Counted from the first letter of the stretch, positions 49,307 to 59,449 are shown. The stretch is DNA of 64,000 bases from an uncultured delta proteobacterium (GCA_963767925.1 CAVYGB010000002.1:2016001-2080000); one strand, 5' to 3'. A program made the numbers and translations. Notes: generated from the sequence alone by a model not told the origin.

Positions 49307-49852
49307 TCAACGATCTAACAGGAGCGTTCCAAGGTGACGAGATGTAGGCAGAAGCTCGACCAGGGCAGAAAGCTCGCGCTCGCGGGTGCGGCCGGCCACC
49401 GCCGCCGACACGAACGCATCGGGGACCTCCAGCACCTCCCGCACCTCCGGCAGGAACCCCGTCAGATCGAGCAGCAGGTGGCCGAAGCCGGCCCGGGCCC
49501 GGTCGACGACCCGCCCCAGATTGGTGGCGGCGTCGTGCCAGGTGGTGGCGGCGGGCACGACCAGCTCGGCGAGGCCGTTGCTCCCCTCGACCTCGCGCAC
49601 CTCGAAGTTGCCGTCGAGGGTGGGGGCCTGCGGCTGCGCCTCGCTGGGCGACCACAGGTCGTGCGCCCGCACCAGGCCGAGGCGGCTGCCCGCCACCTTG
49701 TGCAGGGCCCGCCCCAGCCGCAGCAGCACCGGCCAGGTCGCGACGGCGGCGCTCACCGGCACGAAGGCCACCACCGCGGCGTTGGTGATCAGGATCTTGC
49801 GGGCGACCGCCACGTCTTCGGTCGAAGGGCCGCTGGCGGGCGCGCGGGACAC
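49307..49852 (-). CDS. Degenerate BY-kinase (Wzc/CpsD C-terminal-like) pseudokinase
   Basis: FGHLLLDL, DAFVSAAVAGRTRERE, HLGTLL resemble the BY-kinase C-half; no Walker A. Confidence 0.5.
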   Translation of the reverse strand: MSRAPASGPSTEDVAVARKILITNAAVVAFVPVSAAVATWPVLLRLGRALHKVAGSRLGLVRAHDLWSPSEAQPQAPTLDGNFEVREVEGSNGLAELVVPAATTWHDAATNLGRVVDRARAGFGHLLLDLTGFLPEVREVLEVPDAFVSAAVAGRTRERELSALVELLPTSRHLGTLLLDR

Positions 49853-49900
49853 GCCCTCACCCTATCGCAGCCCTCGCCGAAAACAACCGCCACCCGGCTG

Positions 49901-51298
49901 ATGCTGCCGATGCTCGCCGTCCACGCCCTCGTCCTCGTCGTCGTCCTGCAGGGCTGGCCGGCGGTGGCCCGGGCCCAGGTGGGGGTCTCGGCGGCGGTGG
50001 GCCTCGGCGCCACCAACAACAACCTCGACATCGAGTCGACCACGCCCGGGGAGGGCGGGTCGAGCAACGAGTCCGACGGGCTGGCCCGCACCGTGCTGGG
50101 GCTGCACTACCTGCTGCCCGGTCGCAACTCCACCCACGCCTTCGACTACGCCCTGTCCACCTACATCTACATCCAGGGCGCGCAGTCGATCTCGTTCGCC
50201 AACGAGCTGGCGTGGACCTCCCTCGTCAACCCCACCCGGTTCTCGCAGCTCGACTTCAGCCTGCGGGGAACCCAGGGCCGCACCAGCGACATGGACCTGT
50301 TCCGGGGGCAGGCGCTGGGCGGGTCGGAGGCGCGCCCGACCTCGGTGGAGAGCTTCGTCTCCCTGGCGGCCACCGAGAGCCTGCGCTGGGAGCTGGGGCC
50401 CTTCTGGGAGCTCGGCCAGCTCCTCAACGGCGAGGTCTACGCGCCCATCGGCGACGCCACCCGCACCTCGGCCCGCACGCTGGGACTGGAGGCGCGCCTC
50501 CTGTTGAGCCGGATGTGGACCCAGGACCAGCTCGGCCTGTTCGTCGAGGGCGGGCACGGCCGCTCGACCGCGGTGGTGTTCGACGAGCCGATGGAGGGGC
50601 TGCTGGGGTACCCCGCCCGGGAGGCCAACTGGGTGCGGGTGGGGCTCGACTACGGCCACGCCTTCAACGACTTCTGGAGCACCCGCCTCGACGCCGGGGT
50701 GCTGGGGGTGCAGGTGCCCCAGATCCGCACCCCCTTCGTCGACCTGGGCGTGGGCCTCTCGCTCGCCCACCGCACCCGCACCAACGGGGGCATCGAGCTG
50801 CGCGGCGAGCGGGGGATCGACACGAACGTCTACGTGGGAGACGTGCTGCTGCAGAACTCTGTCGGCCTGCGGGTCGAGCAGCCCTTCGGCTACAAGGAGG
50901 CCTGGAACTTCAGCGCCGACGTGGAGTACCAGCGGAGCAAGTCGCTGTTCGTCGTCGACGTGAAGGAGTCCCTGCAGGTCTTCTCGGTCTCGACAATCCT
51001 CAGCCACGACTACAGCCGGCAGATGCGCCTGCTGTTCGAGCTGAACTTCACCTACCAGGACGCCGAGGCCGGCCTGCGCAACATGCTGCGCGCCGAACCC
51101 TTCACCTCCCACCGCACGATGTTCCTCATGAGCATCGAGTGGCGCTACCCCGAGCTGGAGGCCGAACCCGGCGGCGCGAGCCGCCTCGGCGGTCGCGGCG
51201 GCGCAGGCAGCGAGGACGAGGAGGAGGACGCCGGGGAGTCCAGCTCGGGGGGAGGGGACAGCGGCGGGGGCGAGGGCGGAGACGGGCCGGACCGGTAG
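49901..51298 (+). CDS. Outer-membrane beta-barrel, possibly polysaccharide export
   Basis: Signal peptide AVARA-Q, many amphipathic strands, acidic/Gly tail; located among polysaccharide genes. Confidence 0.65.
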   Translation: MLPMLAVHALVLVVVLQGWPAVARAQVGVSAAVGLGATNNNLDIESTTPGEGGSSNESDGLARTVLGLHYLLPGRNSTHAFDYALSTYIYIQGAQSISFANELAWTSLVNPTRFSQLDFSLRGTQGRTSDMDLFRGQALGGSEARPTSVESFVSLAATESLRWELGPFWELGQLLNGEVYAPIGDATRTSARTLGLEARLLLSRMWTQDQLGLFVEGGHGRSTAVVFDEPMEGLLGYPAREANWVRVGLDYGHAFNDFWSTRLDAGVLGVQVPQIRTPFVDLGVGLSLAHRTRTNGGIELRGERGIDTNVYVGDVLLQNSVGLRVEQPFGYKEAWNFSADVEYQRSKSLFVVDVKESLQVFSVSTILSHDYSRQMRLLFELNFTYQDAEAGLRNMLRAEPFTSHRTMFLMSIEWRYPELEAEPGGASRLGGRGGAGSEDEEEDAGESSSGGGDSGGGEGGDGPDR

Positions 51299-51310
51299 GG
51301 TGGGGGTGGG

Positions 51311-51449
51311 AGACGGGCACGTCTGACGGATTCGTGCACGTTTTCGTGCACGTGCACGAGCACGTGAGACGTGCACGTCTGACGGAACCCGTGCACGGAT
51401 TCGTGCACGTGCACGTGCACGAGCACGTGAGACGTGCACGTTCCGTCAG
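51311..51449. repeat. GTGCAC/CACGTG-rich palindromic repeat tract
   Basis: Two related ~55-65-bp units built from GTGCAC hexamers, between convergent genes. Confidence 0.85.
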
Positions 51450-52951
51450 CGGTCGGCGGCCTCCAGGAGCTGGATGCGGATTCCCCGCAGCTCGAGGGCC
51501 GGGCGCGCGATGCGATCGCGCAGCAGCCGCTGCGCGCGCTCCCGCCCTGCGGGCGTCGCATCCGACAGGACCAGCCATACCCGCCGGTGGGCGCGGACCG
51601 TCTCGGTCACATCCAGCGTGGGTGCGCCCGCGGCGGGCGCGGCGTAGAGGCGATCGGGGCGGGAGCCTGGGGGCGGCTCGCGGAGGCGGAGGCGGAGGCT
51701 GGGGTGGCGGGCGTAGTGGGCGTAGGCGGTCTCGTTGTGGTCGACCTCGAACAGGAGGGCGTCGCCGGGCCGCAGCGCCGATTCGAGCGCGGCGGCTGCC
51801 TCTCGCCACTGGTGCTTGATCGGCCGGGTGAGGTAGGTGGCCTGCGAGACGATCATCGACGCGGCCAGCACGCCGGCGGCGGCCAGGCCGGGGCGCACGG
51901 GCAGGGCGGCCAGCCCGGCGCCCGCGAACAGGTAAAACGGGATCGAGGCGAGGATGACGTAGCGGGAGTTGTAGACCGGCCCCGCCAGCACCGACAGCAG
52001 GGCCGGGATCGCCACCGGGACCAGCAGCCAGCTCAGCAGCAGGCCGCGGCCCGCCCGCCCCGGCGTGCGCCACACCCCGATCGCGCAGAGAGCGGCCCAG
52101 GTGGCCCCCGCGATCAGCCCCGCCAGCAGCCGCCCGACGGTGGCGCTGTCCTTCCAGACCAGCGTCGGCCCCACCGCGAACACGAGCGGGGTGGCCAGCA
52201 GGTGGCGGTGCCACGAGTCGGCCGAGCGGGTCAGGTTGCCCTGCACCGCGAGCTGCTCGAGCAGCGCGGGCAGCCAGAGGCAGAATCCCGCCGCGGCGAG
52301 CCCGAAGGCGATGGTCGCCCGCGCCAGCACCGGGGGATCGCGCCGGTGGGCCAGCGCGAGGTAGAGGGCCAGGGCCACCGCGAGGAAGAGCCCGAAGTAG
52401 TGGGTCAGGGCGGCGCCCGCGGTGGCGGCGGCGAACAGCAACCAGGGCAGCCAGCGGCGCGGGCTGTCCAGGGCCCACAGCAGCGCCGCCACGGCCGCCA
52501 CTCCCAGAAACGTCAGCAGGGCGTAGCTGCGCGCCTCCTGGCCGAGCTGGAGCTGGTAGGGCGACAGTGCGTAGAGCGCGGTGCCGGCCAGGGCCGCCCC
52601 CTCGGGCAAGATGCGCCGGCCGATCCGGTAGAGCAGCGGCACGGTCAGCGTGCCCAGCAGCGCCGACAGCGCCCGGGCGGCGGCGTCGCCGTCCCCGAAC
52701 AGCCGCAGCCACAGGTGCAGCAGGGCGGGGTAGAAGGGCGGGTTGCCGAGGTCCTTGGCCTGCCCCGCCAGGATCTGCGACAGGGGGCTGCGGGCCAGCT
52801 CGACCGCGACCGCCTCGTCGTACCAGAAGCTCTGCCGCTCCAGCCCCAGCAGCCGGGCGGCGCCCGCCACCGCGGTCAGCGCCACCAGGGTGGCCAGCCA
52901 TCGGGGCCAGGCCTGACCCCCGGGACGGGCCAGCACCCCCACCGCCCCCAT
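51446..52951 (-). CDS. GT-C glycosyltransferase (family 39/PMT-like)
   Basis: SFWYDE, NPPFY, QEARSYAL, THYF; multi-TM. Confidence 0.88.
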   Translation of the reverse strand: MGAVGVLARPGGQAWPRWLATLVALTAVAGAARLLGLERQSFWYDEAVAVELARSPLSQILAGQAKDLGNPPFYPALLHLWLRLFGDGDAAARALSALLGTLTVPLLYRIGRRILPEGAALAGTALYALSPYQLQLGQEARSYALLTFLGVAAVAALLWALDSPRRWLPWLLFAAATAGAALTHYFGLFLAVALALYLALAHRRDPPVLARATIAFGLAAAGFCLWLPALLEQLAVQGNLTRSADSWHRHLLATPLVFAVGPTLVWKDSATVGRLLAGLIAGATWAALCAIGVWRTPGRAGRGLLLSWLLVPVAIPALLSVLAGPVYNSRYVILASIPFYLFAGAGLAALPVRPGLAAAGVLAASMIVSQATYLTRPIKHQWREAAAALESALRPGDALLFEVDHNETAYAHYARHPSLRLRLREPPPGSRPDRLYAAPAAGAPTLDVTETVRAHRRVWLVLSDATPAGRERAQRLLRDRIARPALELRGIRIQLLEAADR

Positions 52952-52958
52952 CCCACCC

Positions 52959-53711
52959 TCAGCGGCCGACGCCGCGGAACATGACGAGCGGGGTGCGGAT
53001 CAGGATCGACAGCTCCGTCCGCAGGAAGGTCCGGAAGTCCTCGAGGGTCGCGCAGTAGGCCAGGTCGTAGAGCAGCTTCATGCGCATGTCGTCGGCCAGG
53101 GCCCCGTCGGCGCCCGGCAGCTTGAAGGGGTTCATCAGCGTCGACAGCAGCGGCAGGTCGCCCTTGTTGTTGGGCCGGCCGGTGTAGCCCAGGGCCACCT
53201 GAGCCAGGCCGGTGATGCCCGGCTTGACCCCCCGCATGCGCTCCTCGAAGTAGGGGATGGCGAGGGCCAGGTTCGAGAGGAGCTCGGGGCGCTCGGGGCG
53301 GGGGCCGACGATGCTCATCTGGCCGCGCAGGACGTTCCAGAACTGGGGGATCTCGTCGAGGCGGGTCTTGCGCAGGAAGCGCCCCACCCGGCTGATCCGG
53401 GGGTCGTTCTGGTTGGCCAGGACGGCGCCGGTCTCCCGCTCGGCGTTGGTCCTCATGGTGCGGAACTTGATCATCCAGAACTCCTCGAACTGGAGGTCCC
53501 GCCCGTGCCCCCCGGTGCCGAGGAGCCGGCCGGCCCGCTTCTGCCGGTAAAAGATCGGTCCTCTCGAGTCGAAGACGATGGCCGCGATGATGACCGGGTA
53601 AAGGGGAATGGTCGTGGTCAGCCCCACCACCGAGAGGAGGATGTCGATGCCTCGCTTTGCGAACTGTACGGGAGACGTCACGGTGCGATGCGAAGGATAC
53701 CCGCTTTTCAA
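52959..53711 (-). CDS. Phosphoglycosyl (priming sugar) transferase, PglC/WbaP-type
   Basis: KRGIDI, KFRTM, DPRISRVGRFLRKTRLDEIPQFWNVL.GQMSIVGPRPE, VKPGITGLAQV. Confidence 0.95.
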   Translation of the reverse strand: MKSGYPSHRTVTSPVQFAKRGIDILLSVVGLTTTIPLYPVIIAAIVFDSRGPIFYRQKRAGRLLGTGGHGRDLQFEEFWMIKFRTMRTNAERETGAVLANQNDPRISRVGRFLRKTRLDEIPQFWNVLRGQMSIVGPRPERPELLSNLALAIPYFEERMRGVKPGITGLAQVALGYTGRPNNKGDLPLLSTLMNPFKLPGADGALADDMRMKLLYDLAYCATLEDFRTFLRTELSILIRTPLVMFRGVGR

Positions 53712-53752
53712 GGGCCAGGTCGCGTCGGGTGGACGTGTTGGCCGCCTCTGTG

Positions 53753-54214
53753 ATGATAGAATGGTACAGCTTGGGAGGTCAGCACATCATCCGCCTCGAA
53801 GTGCAGGGCATTCTGGACCATCGGGACGTCGCCCTCCGCACCGTCTCGGCGGCGTGTCGACTTCCGTTTCGTGGATCCCGGGGAGACAGGTTTCAGGAGT
53901 TCCGCTCACATGTCGTCTCCGCGGTCGGCGAGGCTTTCAACAACATAGCCATCCACGGCTACCGTGGTCGCTCGCCCGGGGTGGTGGAGATCGAGGTGGC
54001 GGCCAGCCAGGACGAGCTGTCGGTGGAGCTGCGCGACTACGGGGAGAGCTACGACCCCAACGTCGCCCCCACGCCCGATCTGAACACCTTGCCCGAATCG
54101 GGCCTTGGGGTGTTCATCATGAAGAGCTTCATGGATCGGGTCGAGTACACGCCGGGAGCGCCCAATGTGCTCAGGCTGACCAAGCTGGTCGACAAGACCA
54201 ATGGAATCCCCTAA
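53753..54214 (+). CDS. RsbW-like anti-sigma factor / Ser kinase
   Basis: AVGEAFNNIAIHGY, RDYG, ESGLGVFIM. Confidence 0.88.
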   Translation: MIEWYSLGGQHIIRLEVQGILDHRDVALRTVSAACRLPFRGSRGDRFQEFRSHVVSAVGEAFNNIAIHGYRGRSPGVVEIEVAASQDELSVELRDYGESYDPNVAPTPDLNTLPESGLGVFIMKSFMDRVEYTPGAPNVLRLTKLVDKTNGIP

Positions 54215-54233
54215 CGAAGTACGGAATGCCCTG

Positions 54234-54545
54234 ATGATATTTTCCACGAACATCGACGGAGGGACCGTCACGCTCAACATCACGGGCGAGCTCGACGCCG
54301 TTTCGGTCCCTGACCTGCGCCCGGTTCTCGATGACCTCATCAGCAAGGGCCACAAGAAGATCGTCGTCGACCTCAAGGGGTTGCGGCTGATCGACAGCTC
54401 GGGGGTCGGCGCGATCGTGTACCTGTTCCGCCGCGTGCGCGGGCTGGGCGGCACGGTGGTGGTGCGGGGGGCCAGCGATCAGCCGCTTGCCATCTTGCGC
54501 TTGCTGAAGCTCGATCAGATCTTGCTCGACAGCGCGCAGCTCTAG
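54234..54545 (+). CDS. STAS-domain anti-sigma-factor antagonist (RsbV-like)
   Basis: GELD, VVDLKGLRLIDSSGVG. Confidence 0.92.
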   Translation: MIFSTNIDGGTVTLNITGELDAVSVPDLRPVLDDLISKGHKKIVVDLKGLRLIDSSGVGAIVYLFRRVRGLGGTVVVRGASDQPLAILRLLKLDQILLDSAQL

Positions 54546-54566
54546 CCGCGGGTCCGGTGCCGGTGT

Positions 54567-54634
54567 CGTTCGGGCAAGGCACGTTCGGGCAAGGCACGTT
54601 CGGGCAAGGCACGTTCGGGCAAACAACGTTCGGG
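54567..54634. repeat. 15-bp tandem repeat
   Basis: CGTTCGGGCAAGGCA x3, then a variant and a partial copy. Confidence 0.9.
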
Positions 54635-54696
54635 GGCTACGTGATGGTCGTCGTCGGCGTCTTCGTCGTCGCCGGCGCGGACCAGGGGGGCGGCAG

Positions 54697-55803
54697 ATGT
54701 TCGAAGGGCTGAGGGAGAAACACTTCGAGAAGTGGCTGCCGGGGTACCTGCGGCACGCCGCCGAGGCCTTGCTGGCCCCCCGGACCGAGGGGCTGCGGCA
54801 CCTGCTGTTCGCCTTCTGCGATCACTTCGAGCCCCGCTGGAAGCGGCCCACCGATGACGTGGCCCTGGGCCGGGTCAAGCGCTGGACCGAGGGCTACCCG
54901 GCGATGGCCGCCGCCTTCAAGGACGCCGACGGCCGCCCGCCCCGCCACTCGTTCTTCTTCCCCGGCGAGGAGTACGCCCCCGAATACCTGGCCGGCCTGG
55001 CCGAGCTGGCCAGGCGCAAGCTGGGCGAGGTCGAGCTGCACCTGCACCACGACAACGACACCGCCGACACCCTCAAGCGGGAGATCACGCGCTCCCTGGG
55101 CCTGTTCGCCGAGCACGGCCACCTGAGCCGCAAGGACGGGCGCCTGCGCTACGCCTTCATCCACGGCAACTGGTGCCTGGCCAACGCCCGCAGCGACGGG
55201 CGCTGGTGCGGCGTCGACGCCGAGCTCCCCCTGCTGTTCGAGACCGGCTGCTACGCCGACTTCACCTTCCCCGCCGCCCCCGACGAGAGCCAGCCCGGCG
55301 TGGTCAACCGGATCTACTGGCCCGAAGGGGACCTCACCCGCCGGCGGGCCTACGAGGGGGGCCGCCGGGCCCGGGTCGGCGAGATCTACCCCGACCGCGT
55401 CCTGATGATCGAGGGCCCGCTGTCGCTGCGCGTGCGCCCCGCCCGCCGCTTCCTGCGCATCGAGAACGCCGACATCACCGGGGCCAACCCCGCCACCCCC
55501 GAGCGCATCCACAGCTGGGTCTCCCAGAACATCCACGTGCAGGACCGCCCCGAGTGGGTCTTCGTGAAGGTCCACACCCACGGCGCCCAGGAGGCCCACG
55601 CCGACGCTCTGCTGGGCGAAGGCGCCCGCCGCCTGCACGAGACCCTGGCCACCCACTACAACGACGGCAAGCAGTGGGCCCTCCACTACGTCACCGCCCG
55701 CGAGATGTACAACATCGCCCTCGCCGCCATGGCCGGCCGCTCCGGCAACCCCGCCGACTTCATCGACTACCAGCTCAAGCCCCCGCCGGTGGCCGCGACC
55801 TGA
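54697..55803 (+). CDS. Uncharacterised protein, putative polysaccharide-deacetylase-like metalloenzyme
   Basis: CDHFEP, EVELHLHH, FIHGNWCL, KVHTHG motifs. Confidence 0.65.
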   Translation: MFEGLREKHFEKWLPGYLRHAAEALLAPRTEGLRHLLFAFCDHFEPRWKRPTDDVALGRVKRWTEGYPAMAAAFKDADGRPPRHSFFFPGEEYAPEYLAGLAELARRKLGEVELHLHHDNDTADTLKREITRSLGLFAEHGHLSRKDGRLRYAFIHGNWCLANARSDGRWCGVDAELPLLFETGCYADFTFPAAPDESQPGVVNRIYWPEGDLTRRRAYEGGRRARVGEIYPDRVLMIEGPLSLRVRPARRFLRIENADITGANPATPERIHSWVSQNIHVQDRPEWVFVKVHTHGAQEAHADALLGEGARRLHETLATHYNDGKQWALHYVTAREMYNIALAAMAGRSGNPADFIDYQLKPPPVAAT

Positions 55804-55872
55804 GCCTGGCGCCCGCAGAGGTCCTCGACCACCTGCGGGCGTTGCTCGTCTTTGCACCAGGCCTCTGGCCGG

Positions 55873-56307
55873 CTAGGCCTTCTCGCCGGTGGGCAGGTAG
55901 CCGAGCTGGCGGAACATGCCGATGTCGTCGCGGGCGGACCAGCTCTCGACGATCTTGCCGCCGGCCAGGCGGTAGACGTGGATGTGCTCGGTCTCGAAGC
56001 GGCGGCCGGAGGCGGGCATCGCCGCGCGCAGGAAGGTGACGGGGCCGGTGTTGGTGCCGCGCATCGACAGGCGGCAGACCACCCGGTCGCCCTCGGCCAC
56101 CAGATCCTCGCAGGCCCAGCGCACGTCGGGGAAGGCGAGTCGGATCTTGTCGAGGATGCGGCGCAGCCCGGCGGCTCCCTGCGCCTCGGGCAGAGCGGCG
56201 TGGTTGTTCAGGTCGTCGGCGACGTAGCCGAGCGCTCCGTCCAGGTCTCCGCGGTTGATGGCGTCCCACTGGCGGCGGACGATCTCTTTGTTGTCGCTGG
56301 TGTTCAT
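55873..56307 (-). CDS. SnoaL-like ester cyclase (NTF2 fold)
   Basis: NKEIVRR, AFPD...EDLVAEGDRV, GKIVESW; GGAGG RBS. Confidence 0.92.
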   Translation of the reverse strand: MNTSDNKEIVRRQWDAINRGDLDGALGYVADDLNNHAALPEAQGAAGLRRILDKIRLAFPDVRWACEDLVAEGDRVVCRLSMRGTNTGPVTFLRAAMPASGRRFETEHIHVYRLAGGKIVESWSARDDIGMFRQLGYLPTGEKA

Positions 56308-56407
56308 GGTTCGTACCTCCAGTCCGGAGCCGTTCCGCCGCGCAGAACATTGTTCCACCGCGGGTCGGTCGTCGGTCGGAGCGGGCGGCGGGCGAATAGC
56401 CCGGCGA

Positions 56408-59400
56408 TCAGACCGGTTCGAAGGCGCAGTACGTGCCGGTCTTGACCGAGGCGGCCAGGTAGCGGCCCAGCGCTGCGTCGGCGGCGGCGATGCGGTCGAT
56501 CGCGTCCTTGAGCCGGCGCTGCACGTTGATGCGGGCGCGCTCCGCGTCGGAGGCCGCCCGCCGATCGCGGCCGCCCAGCCCGACGGCGCCGGCGAGCTGC
56601 TCGGCGATGGCCTCGATCTCCGCCTGCGCCCGGCTGACCCGGCCGGCGTCGCCGAAGCGCTCGCCCTCCTGCAGCTCCTCGCGCAGATCGTCGAGCCGGC
56701 TCCGGTAGGCCGCCTTGGCCCGGGCGTCGAGGATGGGGCCGGCGTCGCCGGTCTGGTGCTCGATGCCCGCCAGCTCGAGCACGTGCACCTGCCGCCCCGG
56801 CTGCTCGAGCAAGTAGTCGAGGTAGACGAGCCCCTTGGCGTGTTTGAGCCGGAGCGTGCCGCCGGCGGTGGCGATGGCCCACACGTCGCCCTCCCGGCGC
56901 AGCTCCAGCCGCAGGCCGGGGGGCGCCGGGGCCGGGGCCGGGGGAACGACCGCCGGGGCAACCGCCGCCGGCGACTCGGCCAGGACCAGCGCGCGCGCCC
57001 GCCGGCAGCTCTCGAGGATGGGCACCGCGCCCATCTTCTCGCCGAGCGCGCTGGCGTCGTCGTAGTGCCGGAGGGCCGCCTCGCGGCGACCGAGCAGCCG
57101 CGCCAGATCCCCCAGCACCCGGGCGACCGGCCCGATCATGCCGCCGCCCCCGCCGAACCAGAACATCCGGTTGGGCAGCGCCGACAGCAGCTCGTACAGC
57201 CGCGCCGCCAGGGTCGCGTCGCCGAGCAGGACGCAGGCCTCCGAGGTGCCGAGCAGCCGGGCGTGGTGGTCGGGATCGACCGGCAGGGCGGCGAGCGCGC
57301 GCGCCGCCTCCTCGCGCCGGCCGGTGGCGGCGAGGATCCAGATGGTGTTGTGCTGCTGGATCGGGTGGTTCCGGATGAGCGACAGCACCTCCTCGGCGTC
57401 GGCCGCGATGAGCGTCGGTTCGCCCCGCAGCTTGGCCAGCGACAGCCGCTGGATGGCCCACAACGCCAGGCCGCTTCGCGAGCCGGCCTCCTGCGCCAGG
57501 GCGTGGGCCTCCGCGCTCTGCGCCTCGGCCGCCGGGTAGTCGCCCCCGAAGGCGTGGAAGGTGGCGCGCACGAGCGGCAGCCGCCAGGCCTGGTGGGGCT
57601 GCGCCACCTCGGCCACGAGCTGCTCGTAGCCCTCGAGCGCAGCCGCCGCCTCGGCGCGCTGGCCCTGGCCCAGCAGGGCGGCGATGTAGTTGCCGTAGGT
57701 GGTGAGCAGCAGCAGCCGCTGGTCGAGGGCCACCGCCAGCCGCACCGTCTCCTGCAGCAGCGCGAAGCGCTCCTCGTCGGGCACGAGGTAGCCGCCCGCG
57801 GCCGCCACGAAGTGCAGGACGTAGAGCAGCGTGTAGGCGTCGCCCAGCCGGCGGGCCATCGCCTGGGCCGCCTGCATGAGGCCGAGGATCTCCTCGACGT
57901 CGGCCCGGTCCCGGGCCGGGCTGACCCCCGCGGCCAGCCGGGCCAGCAGCCGCGCGCGGGTCGGCGAGTCGCCCTCGGACGTGGCGGCCAGGGCCTCGCG
58001 CAGCAGGGCGTTGCCCCGATCGTCCCGCGTGCCGGTGACGACCTCGGCGCTGTAGACAAGCGCGGCCCGCGCCAGCAGGTCGGGCGCGCCGAGCTCGCGC
58101 GAGAGGCGGGCCGCCTGCACCGCCGTCTCCTTGCCGGGCGCGGTCTCACCCAGCCGGACCAGCGCCTCGGCCAGCGCGAGCTGCAGCCCGCAGCGCAGCC
58201 GCGGCGCCAGGCCCGCCTGCCCGGCCAGGTCCAGCCCGCGGCGGGCGACGCGGGCGGCGTCCTCGAAGGCCAGCCGGCCGATGGCGCGTTCGGCCGCCGC
58301 CAGCGCCACCTCCGCCACCCGCTCGGCCGAGCCGGCGCTCTGCCCCTCGAACAGGTGGTGGACCGCCTGCACCGGGTCGACCCCGCGGGCGAGCTGCGCG
58401 CTGCCGGCCCGCCAGTGCAAGGCGGCGCGGGCCGAGGGCCCGATCCGGGTGTAGAGGCGGTCGCGCAGCAGCAGGTGCGAGAAGCGGAGCCGTTCACCCC
58501 CGTCGACCGGCAGCAGCAGGCCGGTGGCGGCGGCCGCCTGCAGCCCCTCGCCCACCTGGGCGAGCGGCAGGGCCGCGGTCTCGGCCAGCTCGGACGGCGT
58601 CAGCTCCCGCCCCAGCACCGAGGCCGCCTCCAGCAGCGCGCGGGAGGCAGTCGGCAGCAGCGCCAGCCGCTCGTCGAGCACCGCCCGCAGCCCCTCGGTC
58701 AGGGGAGCCGATCCGGTCCAGCCGTGCCCCAGCCGCAGCAGCTCGGCCACGAACAGCGGGTGGCCCTCGGTCATCCGGTGCAGCGCGGGCGCCTGCCCCT
58801 CGCTGCCCGGGGCTGCCTCGCGCAGCCACTGCTTCACCTCGGACGGCGCAAGGCCGGCCAGCGCCAGCACCTCCCCCTCGCGCGCCAGCTTGCCGATCAG
58901 CCCCGCCAGCTCGGGCGCCTGGCGCGCCTCCGCCTCCCGGTAGGCGCCCACGACCAGCAGGCGCGTCCGCCGCAGGGCCCGGGCCAGCAGCAGCAGCAAC
59001 AGCAGCGAGGGCACGTCGGCCGCGTGCAGGTCGTCGAGCACAAGCAGCAGCGGCTGCCGGGCCGCCCGCTCGACGAGCCGGCGCACGGCCAGGTCGAAGG
59101 CGGCGAACCGCGCCTCGGATTCGCCGCTGCCCAGGTCGGCCCCCGCGACGGCGAACGGATCGGGGTCCATCTTCAGCTCGCGGAAGACCTGGATCCAGGG
59201 CCAGTAGGCGGGCGCGCCGCCCGCTTCCCAGCAGCGGCCCCAGGCCACAACGGCCCCCATGCTCGCCGCCAGGTCGGCGATGTGCTCGGCCAGCCGGGAC
59301 TTGCCGATGCCCGGCTCTCCCGTCAGGAGCAACAGGGTCCCCTCGCCGGCCCGCGCCCGCTCGGCCGCCAGCCGGGCGCGCGCGATGGCCTCGATCCGGC

Positions 59401-59449
59401 CGTAGAGGGGCTTCACGCCGCGAGGGTACGTTGTCGCCTCCGGAGCCAC
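56408..59449 (-). CDS. STAND-type (AAA_16) ATPase, paralog of 35237..38647
   Basis: GEPGIGKS, LDDLHAAD, GHPLFV; same C-terminal GDAGPILD...ERARINVQRR...VKTGTYC domain. Confidence 0.9.
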   Translation of the reverse strand: MAPEATTYPRGVKPLYGRIEAIARARLAAERARAGEGTLLLLTGEPGIGKSRLAEHIADLAASMGAVVAWGRCWEAGGAPAYWPWIQVFRELKMDPDPFAVAGADLGSGESEARFAAFDLAVRRLVERAARQPLLLVLDDLHAADVPSLLLLLLLARALRRTRLLVVGAYREAEARQAPELAGLIGKLAREGEVLALAGLAPSEVKQWLREAAPGSEGQAPALHRMTEGHPLFVAELLRLGHGWTGSAPLTEGLRAVLDERLALLPTASRALLEAASVLGRELTPSELAETAALPLAQVGEGLQAAAATGLLLPVDGGERLRFSHLLLRDRLYTRIGPSARAALHWRAGSAQLARGVDPVQAVHHLFEGQSAGSAERVAEVALAAAERAIGRLAFEDAARVARRGLDLAGQAGLAPRLRCGLQLALAEALVRLGETAPGKETAVQAARLSRELGAPDLLARAALVYSAEVVTGTRDDRGNALLREALAATSEGDSPTRARLLARLAAGVSPARDRADVEEILGLMQAAQAMARRLGDAYTLLYVLHFVAAAGGYLVPDEERFALLQETVRLAVALDQRLLLLTTYGNYIAALLGQGQRAEAAAALEGYEQLVAEVAQPHQAWRLPLVRATFHAFGGDYPAAEAQSAEAHALAQEAGSRSGLALWAIQRLSLAKLRGEPTLIAADAEEVLSLIRNHPIQQHNTIWILAATGRREEAARALAALPVDPDHHARLLGTSEACVLLGDATLAARLYELLSALPNRMFWFGGGGGMIGPVARVLGDLARLLGRREAALRHYDDASALGEKMGAVPILESCRRARALVLAESPAAVAPAVVPPAPAPAPPGLRLELRREGDVWAIATAGGTLRLKHAKGLVYLDYLLEQPGRQVHVLELAGIEHQTGDAGPILDARAKAAYRSRLDDLREELQEGERFGDAGRVSRAQAEIEAIAEQLAGAVGLGGRDRRAASDAERARINVQRRLKDAIDRIAAADAALGRYLAASVKTGTYCAFEPV

